Assembly: GCA_964607835.1 (NCBI GenBank)
Contig: CAZSLL010000003.1
Coordinates: 3,826-67,825 of the forward strand
Length of the DNA stretch: 64,000 nucleotides
Direction of reading: 5' to 3'
Source: an uncultured archaeon
GTDB lineage: Archaea; Aenigmatarchaeota; Aenigmatarchaeia; QMZP01
Positions 30,350 to 38,423 of the stretch are shown here, one piece after another (position 1 is the first letter of the stretch; each line of letters opens with the position of its first letter). The notes beneath the pieces were generated by a model. The model searched no databases and was not told the DNA's origin. It was given only the letters and a program-made list of their open reading frames with translations. The translations under genes and the position numbers were made by a program.

Positions 30350-30681
30350 GTTCCTTCCCTATCAGGTGTCACCTTGCATATTCCCTGACACCTGCATGCA
30401 TTCCTGTCCTTCCGGTTCCTCTGGAACCGGCATGCATTCCGGTGCGAATCAGGCAGCAAAACCCAACACACTCCAGTTCTGTCGGGTGCTACACGCCCGC
30501 ATATACTCCGTTGCTTACTCGATTGGGCAGAAGCAGTTCGCACAGCCCTGCCCGGCGCGGCCCTGGCCAGCCGGAAGCAGTCCTGCGCTGCAACCGGTTA
30601 ACCAGTTAACCGATTACTAACCAATATACGCAGATAGGTATTTAAAAGTTTTCAGTCCCGCTTGCTGTTTGGGACAATGAG

Positions 30682-31061
30682 TGAGGGGGGCCGGATTTCC
30701 GTTGAGCCGGAAGTTGCCCCGAACATCAGTAAGTGGGCAACTCCTTTTGGCCCACGCCTTTTCTTGAAAAGGGCGTGTTTCGAACCGACGAAGGCTTCCC
30801 ACCCAAAGACCTGACAATCAGGTGACTGCGTCACCTGCAATCACTCCTGGATACCGGGTCTCAGGGAACTGAGCCACAGGATTCCTTATCACCTCCCGGA
30901 CAATGCCCGGAATCAAATCTCAAGGCGACCTTGAGTCCTGCCCCTTTGGCCGAAACCTCTTTCAGAAGAAATTTCATCAGGAAGGAGCGTCGCTTCACCA
31001 TTTCCCGCTCACTTCCACTGATGTTCCTCTGAAACGTCTTTGACCGCTCGGGAACCCCCTC
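30682..31061 (-). tRNA. tRNA-Leu(CAA) with four introns (D-loop ~30945-31038; 37/38 30883-30929; variable arm ~30796-30868; 59/60 30696-30778)
   Basis: Spliced: GAGGGGG TT CCC GAGCGGTCAAA GGG G CAGGA CTCAAGA TCCTG TGGCTCAGGCCTTC GTCGG TTCGAAT CCGGC CCCCCTC A. Lies upstream of rpl18e, as is usual in archaea. Confidence 0.87.
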
Positions 31062-31114
31062 GCTTGAGAAATATACCAATCAGCACTTTAAAAGCGTTGG
31101 AAAGCAGAAAATGC

Positions 31115-31789
31115 CTACTGTATGTTGGAGAGCTCGCCCTTGATTCTCTCCATCTGGTCGTAGATGCCCTTTATGTAGTTGTCTATCTCCTCGTTGTCGC
31201 TGCTCTCCACTTCCTTTATTGAGGTGGTCCTGGAGAGCCTGGAGTCCAGCATTGTTATGACGTTGTTGAAGTCGTCCAGGGCCTTGTGGGATATGGCTAT
31301 TCCCGTGGATATCTCCTTTTCTATGTCGTTCAGCGCATCCAGGGCATCCCTGAGGTTCATGGCGTATGACTTCAGCTTCCTTATCTGCCTCACCATCTCA
31401 GCGTACTTGTCAATCTTTATGAAAACCGGCGGAGAAGATGAGACGTCAGCAGCCTCCTCTGCGGCTTCGTATGCCTCCCTGGATGCTGGTTTGGGAACTG
31501 CCTGCCTTATGTCCATGCCTGGTGCCTGCTGTTTTGGTTGCTCTTTCCTGGGCTGCGGCATGGGCGCTGGGGCTGGCTTCTGCTCAGCCTCCTTTGCGGC
31601 CTGCGGCTTCTGTTCGGGCTTCTCTTTTCCTCCCTCAACCGGAGTGGGTGCGTCAGGGATATCGTTGGCCTGCCCCTGAGGAGGAGCGGGCGCCGGAAGG
31701 TCGTCATCCGGTCCTGGTGCAGGAGGGGGAGGCATCTGGGCGGAAGAGCCCTGAACCTGCCTCTTTATGTCAGGTAAATCAGCCATCAA
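31115..31789 (-). CDS. Hypothetical protein, Pro-rich N-terminus and coiled-coil C-terminus
   Basis: PVFIKIDKY followed by a long helical region; GGACAAT promoter motif upstream. Confidence 0.7.
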   Translation of the reverse strand: MMADLPDIKRQVQGSSAQMPPPPAPGPDDDLPAPAPPQGQANDIPDAPTPVEGGKEKPEQKPQAAKEAEQKPAPAPMPQPRKEQPKQQAPGMDIRQAVPKPASREAYEAAEEAADVSSSPPVFIKIDKYAEMVRQIRKLKSYAMNLRDALDALNDIEKEISTGIAISHKALDDFNNVITMLDSRLSRTTSIKEVESSDNEEIDNYIKGIYDQMERIKGELSNIQ

Positions 31790-31889
31790 ATCACTGTAAT
31801 AATAATTGTCCCAGAGGTTATAAAAGGTTTTTTCAATGCGTAGTGCATTCCTGATAGTTTAATATGTCTCCTCTGACAAGTCTATACCA

Positions 31890-32501
31890 ATGAAAGGAAA
31901 AACTCCTTTATTCGCTCTGATTGCTGTGATAGTGATTGCCAGTGGGTGCACCACAGACACGGGCTCGCAGGAAGGCACAGGCAACCTTGTCCTTAGGATA
32001 ACAGACCAGCCCAGGCTCGACCTCGAGAGAGCGGAGGTCACCATCTCTGACATCCAGGTCCACATGGCACCTGGCGAGGAGAACGGCACCCAGTCGGCTG
32101 ACTGGGAGACCATTGTGGAGGGACCTGTCACCTACGATCTTCTGGAGCTTGTTGGTGTCGAGCAACTGCTTGGGGAGAAGGAACTCCAGGCAGGCATATA
32201 CAGCCAGATAAGGCTCAGCGTGGACAGCGCTTCTGTGACCATTGGCGGAGAGGACTCTGAGCTCACCATACCATCCGGTTCTGTGAAGCTTGTCCGGGCA
32301 TTCGAGATAATCGAGGGCGAGGACACCGAGCTCACCCTTGACTTCGACGCCCATGATTCCATCCACCCTGCAGGAGCAAGCGGAAGGTACATTATGAGCC
32401 CTGTCATCCGCGTGATTGGCCCCTCGCCAGGAGACGGCCGTGACAGTGATGGCAACCAGACCCAGGACAGCGGTGACGGCCCTCTTAACCAGTCCTCGTG
32501 A
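31890..32501 (+). CDS. DUF4382-like lipoprotein
   Basis: Lipobox IASGC; L.ITD.P, G.YSQIRL, LDFDA. Confidence 0.8.
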   Translation: MKGKTPLFALIAVIVIASGCTTDTGSQEGTGNLVLRITDQPRLDLERAEVTISDIQVHMAPGEENGTQSADWETIVEGPVTYDLLELVGVEQLLGEKELQAGIYSQIRLSVDSASVTIGGEDSELTIPSGSVKLVRAFEIIEGEDTELTLDFDAHDSIHPAGASGRYIMSPVIRVIGPSPGDGRDSDGNQTQDSGDGPLNQSS

Positions 32502-32608
32502 GCCCTGTCAGGTCTCCTGCATAATGGCGCGTCCCTTCGGAATGAGTCTTCTGACGAGCTCAAGCTAATGCAGCTGGCCTGAAATAAATAAAAAAAGGGG
32601 CTGTGCCC

Positions 32609-33229
32609 CTATTTGTAGAAACCCAGTCCTGCTGAGACAGGAGAAAGGTACTGCATCCCGTGCAGCCCCGCGCAGGGGTCATTCTCCACCTGCTGTATTA
32701 TGGCGAATGCTCCCCATATTGAATGTCCAATCTCCTCTCCATCAGCCGTATGCCATGTTCCTTCATCCAATACAGCGTCATCAGGAACGGCCACAATCTT
32801 CACGAAGTAGTTCCATTTACATGTCTTTCCGTCCTGCTCGTACTCGCCGCTCTGGTGGTTGGTAAGCCAGGCACCTGAGCCTATATAGCTGTCATGGCCA
32901 TAATGTCTGTCCAGCAGACCGTCGCCGTCGCAGTCCTTGTTCGATATCCACGCATCGTTCCATTTCATGCTAAGCTTTACGTTTTTATATGGCTGGCACC
33001 ATTCTGCATCCCTGTACGAGTCGCAATAGTATCCGTTGAACAGGTGCGCCTGGTAGTTGTAACCCCATTCATCAAATCCAGTCTCTATGACAGAGCCGTC
33101 GCTTGCCAGGAGCTCGCCGCTCTGTATGGTAGTGCATTGCTGACCCTTGCCGTTCCCGTTTGGCGCGGCCATGGATATGCCCACCAGGAACAGGACAGAC
33201 AGCAACCCAGCAAAAATCTCCTTTCTCAT
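32609..33229 (-). CDS. Secreted hypothetical protein
   Basis: Sec signal peptide; Cys/Trp-rich; DCDGDGLLD Ca-binding-like loop. Confidence 0.7.
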   Translation of the reverse strand: MRKEIFAGLLSVLFLVGISMAAPNGNGKGQQCTTIQSGELLASDGSVIETGFDEWGYNYQAHLFNGYYCDSYRDAEWCQPYKNVKLSMKWNDAWISNKDCDGDGLLDRHYGHDSYIGSGAWLTNHQSGEYEQDGKTCKWNYFVKIVAVPDDAVLDEGTWHTADGEEIGHSIWGAFAIIQQVENDPCAGLHGMQYLSPVSAGLGFYK

Positions 33230-33322
33230 TTCAACACCTCTTCTGTTGAACGTTGCAGAATTTGTGGATTTTTTCTTGCCGGGCCGGAATAAAAAACTTT
33301 CCCAAACCACGGCACGGAGCAA

Positions 33323-33962
33323 TTACGATACATTTGATTCTGCTGTTCTCCGATTCTGGACAAAGCTCAGTGAGTTCCTGATCATGCCCATGGTCGCCTT
33401 ATCAGATTCAGGGTGGGGGCTGAAAACCACTACCCTTCCGCGTCCATAGCCCGAGCAGGCCACTGCACATGAGCCGTTCCCGAATAATACCAAAGACCGG
33501 ACATTGCTCCCGGGAATTAGCCTCGGGCCCCAGCCATAGGGGACCCGAATATTTCCCTGATACCCCCCGAGTCACGGGGTGGATTCCTTTGACACACAAA
33601 ATAACCGACCTTTCTTTCTTCATGGCTTCAGGGGCATATCTGCACTCAATGTCTATGAGCCCAATTCCCTCAGGAAGATTTTCCGGAATCTTCTTGCTTG
33701 CAAGCAGGGCGCCTGCGCTTATGCCTATATAGCCTCCACCCTTTGAAACGAACTCCCTTATCTTATCAAAAGATTTCCCGAGGTCATGAAAAACCCTTTG
33801 TGTGTGCCCTCCTGGTATTATGATAGCCTGGTACTCGTCCAGCCTGTCCCTGAAATCCTGCTGGTCTATGAGATTGTAACCTATGCCCATATTATCCAGC
33901 GCATCGCCAACCTTAAAGTGGCTGGTCTCCGGCCCTGAATAGAGAGCTATAGTATTTTCCAT
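33323..33962 (-). pseudogene. BPL_N / glutamine-amidotransferase-like protein, frameshifted at a G6 run (33563-33568)
   Basis: N-part has IIPGG and GGYIGISAGA. The C-terminal YGRGRVVVFSPHPE motif continues in the +1 frame to a stop at 33323. Confidence 0.75.
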
Positions 33963-34000
33963 GATTTAGATTCCTGGCTATTTGTTAAAAAGAAATGGGA

Positions 34001-34198
34001 TGCGCCGAGCGGGATTCCCGTACTCCTTTGCGCGCTTTAATGCGCAAAAGGGTTCATTCGAACCCGCGTCACAGGCTTGGAAGGCTTATCCCAATCACCG
34101 CCCCTGCCTTTGCCTCCGTTCCATCTGGAACGGTATTGGCGGATGGGGCTCAGGATTTCCAAGTGACTGTCTGGATCCTGCCACTAGACTATCGGCGC
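34001..34198 (-). tRNA. tRNA-Gly(TCC) with two introns (29/30: 34086-34170; 59/60: 34015-34056)
   Basis: Spliced: GCGCCGA TA GTCT AGTGGCA GGAT C CAGGC CTTCCAA GCCTG TGAC GCGGG TTCGAAT CCCGC TCGGCGC A. Confidence 0.87.
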
Positions 34199-34266
34199 AT
34201 TCATTCGAAAGAGTGTGGCATTGCTATGATTATTGCCCCATATCTATTTATATTTGGCTTGCGGGC

Positions 34267-34809
34267 TCAGAAATCGAAGCTTATCTCCTGATGGTCAGGG
34301 CTCCTGGGCTTTCTCTCCTCTTCCTTGACTGCCTCTTCTGCGGACTCCTCTGGCTCAGGCTCCTCTTTTGGGGGCTCGGTCCTGGTCTGGGGGATGCTCC
34401 CGGAAATCTTCTTTGCCATTGCATCCAGGGCAGGCTCCTCCTGCTTCCTGACCGGGAAAACGCTCTCCAGGCCCATTCCCCTCTCAGCCTCTGTCCTGGG
34501 TATAACGTGGAAATGCACGTGCGGGACGACCTGGCCTGCCATCTGGCCGTTGCTCTGGGATATTGATATGCCCTTGGCCCCCGTGGCCTTCTGCACCCCT
34601 ATGGCCACCTTCCGGATGGCCTTCATGAGCTCTGCTGCCTGCTCCTCCCCTATGGAGAGTATGTCCTGGGCGTGCTCTCTGGGTATGACCAGTGTGTGCC
34701 CCGGGTTCCTGGGGTTGATGTCCAGGAAGGCAAAGCTGTGTGAGTCCTCGTAAACCTTCTTGGATGGAATCTCGCCTGCGGCTATCCTGCAGAATATGCA
34801 CTCGTCCAT
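34267..34809 (-). CDS. HIT family hydrolase
   Basis: CIFC, FLDINP, HVHFHVIP. Confidence 0.92.
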   Translation of the reverse strand: MDECIFCRIAAGEIPSKKVYEDSHSFAFLDINPRNPGHTLVIPREHAQDILSIGEEQAAELMKAIRKVAIGVQKATGAKGISISQSNGQMAGQVVPHVHFHVIPRTEAERGMGLESVFPVRKQEEPALDAMAKKISGSIPQTRTEPPKEEPEPEESAEEAVKEEERKPRSPDHQEISFDF

Positions 34810-34813
34810 GCCA

Positions 34814-35248
34814 TCACTTTGGAATCTTGGACTTAATCTTTTTAACTATTTTCCCCTTCTCTGCGTCAGAGACCCTTTTTATGGGCAGGATGCCCTCTAT
34901 GCTCACGGGGTCCTCGTTGGCGAACCTTGGGATTATGTGGAAATGGATGTGCCTTATGAGCTGGCCCGCAGATGAGCCGCTGCTCTGCGCAAGGGTGACG
35001 CCGTCCGCTGTGGTCCCTTCCACAATGCCTTTGGACACCTTCCTCACGGCCTCGAACAGGGGCCCGGCCTCCTTTTTGGGGAGGTCGAATATGTCCTCGT
35101 AGTGCTTGTTGGTGACCACCACGGTGTGCCCCGGGTTCCTGGGGTTGATGTCCAGGAAGGCAGTGGCGTGTTTGTCCTGGTAGACCTTCCAGGCCTTTAT
35201 CTTGCCCTTCACTATGTCGCAGAATATGCACCCTTCCTTGCTCTCCAT
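34814..35248 (-). CDS. HIT family hydrolase (tandem paralog)
   Basis: CIFC, FLDINP, HIHFHIIP. Confidence 0.92.
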   Translation of the reverse strand: MESKEGCIFCDIVKGKIKAWKVYQDKHATAFLDINPRNPGHTVVVTNKHYEDIFDLPKKEAGPLFEAVRKVSKGIVEGTTADGVTLAQSSGSSAGQLIRHIHFHIIPRFANEDPVSIEGILPIKRVSDAEKGKIVKKIKSKIPK

Positions 35249-35439
35249 GATGAATCCCTTTGTATTGATTATTGCCTCGCCGGGTTTAAATATCCTGCCG
35301 GGGAACCTCTAAACCATTTATATACCTGCTCCCTATCTCATTCTATCAGTGGGGCCGTGGCGTGAAGCCTTTACGGGAGCTTGCGCTTCCACAAAGGTTT
35401 CATCCAAATGGTCATGTCCCCACGATGTAACAATGCGAT

Positions 35440-35635
35440 GGGGCCGTGGTGTAGCTTGGTCTAGCATTGCGGCTTTGGGCATCCTGTCCGGAAAGAATAA
35501 AAGCATTCGCCGGATGGAATAAAAAGAGCCGTTGACCCCGGTTCAAATGAACCCTTTAGCACAGGTAAACGCGCTAAAGCGTTCGCGGAAAGACCGCTCC
35601 CGCAAAGGCGCGGTTCCGGAGTCCGGGCGGCCCCA
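35440..35635 (+). tRNA. tRNA-Pro(TGG) with two introns (37/38: 35480-35526; 59/60: 35548-35621)
   Basis: GGGGCCG/CGGCCCC acceptor stem, GCGGC-TT-TGG-G/A-GCCGT anticodon arm, CCCGG-TTCAAA/T-CCGGG T-arm. Confidence 0.88.
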
Positions 35636-35644
35636 TCAGAAAAA

Positions 35645-35809
35645 GCCTCGGTAGCTCAGTTGGTACCACCCGGCCCAGGCCGGAAGGCAGCAAAGAGCGA
35701 TCGCCTCGTATGACCCTTTGGCAACTGTGAACGTGCCAAACCGTCAACGGAAACAACGCTTCCGCAAGGGGAGAGCGATAGGTCGAGAGTTCAAACCTCT
35801 CCCGGGGCT
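35645..35809 (+). tRNA. tRNA-Thr(CGT) with two introns (D-loop ~35666-35694; 37/38: 35711-35773)
   Basis: GCCTCGG/CCGGGGC acceptor stem, ATCGC-CT-CGT-A/A-GCGAT anticodon arm, U73 discriminator. Confidence 0.87.
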
Positions 35810-37506
35810 TAAAGAATCAGATTGAGAAGCCCGCCCACGAGAACAGCCATGCATGCCATTATTAGGGCTGACTTCGCCATGTCCCTGGCGCCGAGCTCTC
35901 TTAACAGCACCATGAAGGTGGCCACACAAGGGAAGTACATTGTAAGAACCACGCTTGCTATCACAAGCTGCTTGAAGTCCAGCCCGAGGGGAAGCAGCAT
36001 GCCCACTGCCACGTCCTTTCTCAGGAACCCAACCACAAGGGCCCCTGCCGATTCGCCGGGCAGGCCCATGATTCCGGTCACTACGGGCGAGGAAAGGAAG
36101 GCTATTATGTCTATTATCCCTGATGCGTAGAGCACGTTTATTATGAGCACCCCGAGCAGGACGTAGGGGATGGCCTCCTTCAGGAAGCCCCTTATCCTCA
36201 TCCAGAGCTTCTTTGCCAGAGAGCCCCAGAAGGGGAGCTGGTAGGGGGGTATCTCTATGAATATCTCAGGGCTCCCGCCCTTCATTATCCTGTTCAGCGC
36301 CAGGCCAAGAGCCAGCCAAACCAGGAAAAGCGTGGAGAAAACTATCCCAAGCCCCCAGGGCCCGTACCTGCCCAGGAGCCCCACCACCATGGCAATCTGT
36401 GCCATGCAGGGAATTGCTATTGCCATTAGAGTGGCTGCTATGAACCTCTGCCTCTTTGTCTCCAGTATCCTGGTCGAGAGGGCCCCCGGAACGTTGCACC
36501 CCAGACCAAGGAGCATGGGAACCACGGAAAGGCCGTGCATGCCCATCCTGTGCATTATGTTGTCCATTAACGTGGCCAGCCTGGGAAGGTATCCGCTGTC
36601 CTCGAGGACCCCGAGAATGATGTAGAAGGCGAATATGTAGGGAAGGACCATGGCTATGGGCACGTAGAGCCCTGTGGTGAGAAGTCCCATGGACTGCACG
36701 TAGTCAATCTGCCCTCCGATGAGCCTTCCTATGAGTATGTCCCTTATGAATCCAGGGCCCAGGGCTTCATTCAGCCCCATAGCCAATACAGAGTATGCGC
36801 TGAATATGGGGTCGAACACAAGTGATATCATGGCCTCGCCCACGAGCCTTATGAGCATAAAGGCCAGGAATATTATCCCCACTGCCATGGGTATTCCCGT
36901 GAGCGGGGTGATGCTGGCGTCCCCGAGCCTGTCCAGAAGGCTCTCCTTTCTCTTTGTTATCCTCTCTGTTTTCTTTATTATCTCCCCTATTCTTGCCCAC
37001 CTTTCGCCGTCGCTCCTCTTTTCTTTATGTGCCCTGGCGTCCCTGAGCCTTGAGACCAGCTCCTTGACGCCCTCTCCTGTGACAGCCACTGTGGGCACAA
37101 CAGGCACGCCGAGCATCTTCTCCAGCTTCTTTGTGTCAATATTTATGCCTTTTCTCTTTGTCCTGTCCCATAGGTTGAGGGCCACTACCACTGGAATCCC
37201 CTTCTCCAGAAGCTGGAGGGTCAGGTAAAGGTTCCTTTCCAGATTGGTGGCGTCCACCACGTTTATGACAACGTCCCCTTCTTTGAGCACCCTGACCGGC
37301 ACTTTCTCTGCTTTTGATGTGGGCTCGAGTGTGTAGGTCCCTGGGACGTCTATTATCTCTGAGAGGCCTCTGTTGAGCTTTATCTTGCCCCTCTTCATCT
37401 CCACCGTGGTTCCTGGGTAGTTGGATATGGTGACGTTCACGCCCGTCAGCCTCGAGAACATGGCTGACTTGCCCACGTTCTGGTTTCCCACAAGAAGTAT
37501 CCTCAT
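35809..37506 (-). CDS. feoB: Ferrous iron transporter B
   Basis: GNQNVGKS, NYPGTTVE, DVPG, EDSGYLPR, GLGCNVP. Confidence 0.95.
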   Translation of the reverse strand: MRILLVGNQNVGKSAMFSRLTGVNVTISNYPGTTVEMKRGKIKLNRGLSEIIDVPGTYTLEPTSKAEKVPVRVLKEGDVVINVVDATNLERNLYLTLQLLEKGIPVVVALNLWDRTKRKGINIDTKKLEKMLGVPVVPTVAVTGEGVKELVSRLRDARAHKEKRSDGERWARIGEIIKKTERITKRKESLLDRLGDASITPLTGIPMAVGIIFLAFMLIRLVGEAMISLVFDPIFSAYSVLAMGLNEALGPGFIRDILIGRLIGGQIDYVQSMGLLTTGLYVPIAMVLPYIFAFYIILGVLEDSGYLPRLATLMDNIMHRMGMHGLSVVPMLLGLGCNVPGALSTRILETKRQRFIAATLMAIAIPCMAQIAMVVGLLGRYGPWGLGIVFSTLFLVWLALGLALNRIMKGGSPEIFIEIPPYQLPFWGSLAKKLWMRIRGFLKEAIPYVLLGVLIINVLYASGIIDIIAFLSSPVVTGIMGLPGESAGALVVGFLRKDVAVGMLLPLGLDFKQLVIASVVLTMYFPCVATFMVLLRELGARDMAKSALIMACMAVLVGGLLNLIL

Positions 37507-37736
37507 TCAACTACCTCTACGAGTATCTTGTTCGCCATGCCCCTCCCAAGTGATATCCGCCTTCCGCACACCTCTATGACCACAGGCCCCCTCAGGGGCT
37601 GGGAGGCAATCTTCCTTATGACCTTGCCCGTCCTTATGTTGAGGCATGAGACCCTTTTCATGAACTCTGCGCCCCCTGCTATTGACATTATCCTCGCCCT
37701 GCTTCCCACCTTCATGTCAGCCAGAGAAATCTCCAT
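37503..37736 (-). CDS. feoA: Ferrous iron transport protein A
   Basis: SH3-like FeoA pattern (GPVVI...LGRGMANKILV); adjacent to feoB. Confidence 0.9.
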   Translation of the reverse strand: MEISLADMKVGSRARIMSIAGGAEFMKRVSCLNIRTGKVIRKIASQPLRGPVVIEVCGRRISLGRGMANKILVEVVE

Positions 37737-37745
37737 ATTAACTCC

Positions 37746-38111
37746 TTATTCCTTATTTCCCACAAACGCTCGTAGCTTCCTTATGGTCCTGTTGCTCAGG
37801 ACGTGCTCTGCCAGGCATGCATCGTGCAGAGCGGTCTTCTCGTCAACGCCCAGGCTCGTGAAGAACCTTGCCAGGAGCTTGTGCTTCTCGTACGTCTTCC
37901 TGCCTATTGCCCTGCCCCTCTGGCTCAGTGTAACAGGACCGTATCGCTCGTATGTTATGAGCCCCCTGGCCGCGAGCTTCTTCATGGCCCCTGTGACGCT
38001 GGGCATGCTTATTCCCAGGTGGGATGCTATGTCGCTGACCTTCACTGGCCCGCTTCTCTCCAGTATGAACATGGCCTCAAGATAGTCCTCAGCGCTCTGC
38101 GAAAGCTCCAT
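37746..38111 (-). CDS. DtxR/MntR family metal-dependent regulator
   Basis: EDYLE, PSVT, DAC.AEH. Confidence 0.92.
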   Translation of the reverse strand: MELSQSAEDYLEAMFILERSGPVKVSDIASHLGISMPSVTGAMKKLAARGLITYERYGPVTLSQRGRAIGRKTYEKHKLLARFFTSLGVDEKTALHDACLAEHVLSNRTIRKLRAFVGNKE

Positions 38112-38201
38112 GCCATCATCCGCCTATTAAAAAGCCTGAGTATATTAGTCCCGCCTAACTTTTATAAAGCTTGCGGTGCAATAATCCACTGGTTGGTTCT
38201 G

Positions 38202-38393
38202 ATGGTAAGAATACCTGGATTCGGAAGGCGCGCAGGCTCTGGTGCGGGAAGGGGAAGGATGGGCGGCTTTTCTGCGGGCCCCGGCGGCCAGTGCGTGTGC
38301 CCCAAATGCGGTAAAAAGGTGGCACATCAGATAGGTACTCCCTGTTACGAGCACAAATGCCCTGAGTGCGGCGCCACCATGACAAGAACCTAG
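38202..38393 (+). CDS. Small Gly/Arg-rich, Cys-rich metal-binding protein
   Basis: GPGGQCVCPKCG...PC...CPECG. Confidence 0.8.
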   Translation: MVRIPGFGRRAGSGAGRGRMGGFSAGPGGQCVCPKCGKKVAHQIGTPCYEHKCPECGATMTRT

Positions 38394-38423
38394 ATCAATG
38401 CCCATAAAGAACCTGTCAGGAAC

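Noticed and set aside
30617..31079. Short ORFs over the tRNA-Leu locus
   Set aside because: Shadows of the four-intron tRNA.
33982..34291. ORFs 33982-34566 and 33995-34291
   Set aside because: Antisense to tRNA-Gly and the HIT gene; no motifs.
35676..35692. CAGGCCGGAAGGCAGCA in the tRNA-Thr D-loop intron resembles SRP helix 8
   Set aside because: Too short, lacks flanking helices, folds instead as CCGGCC/GGCCGG; the real SRP RNA is at 49234.
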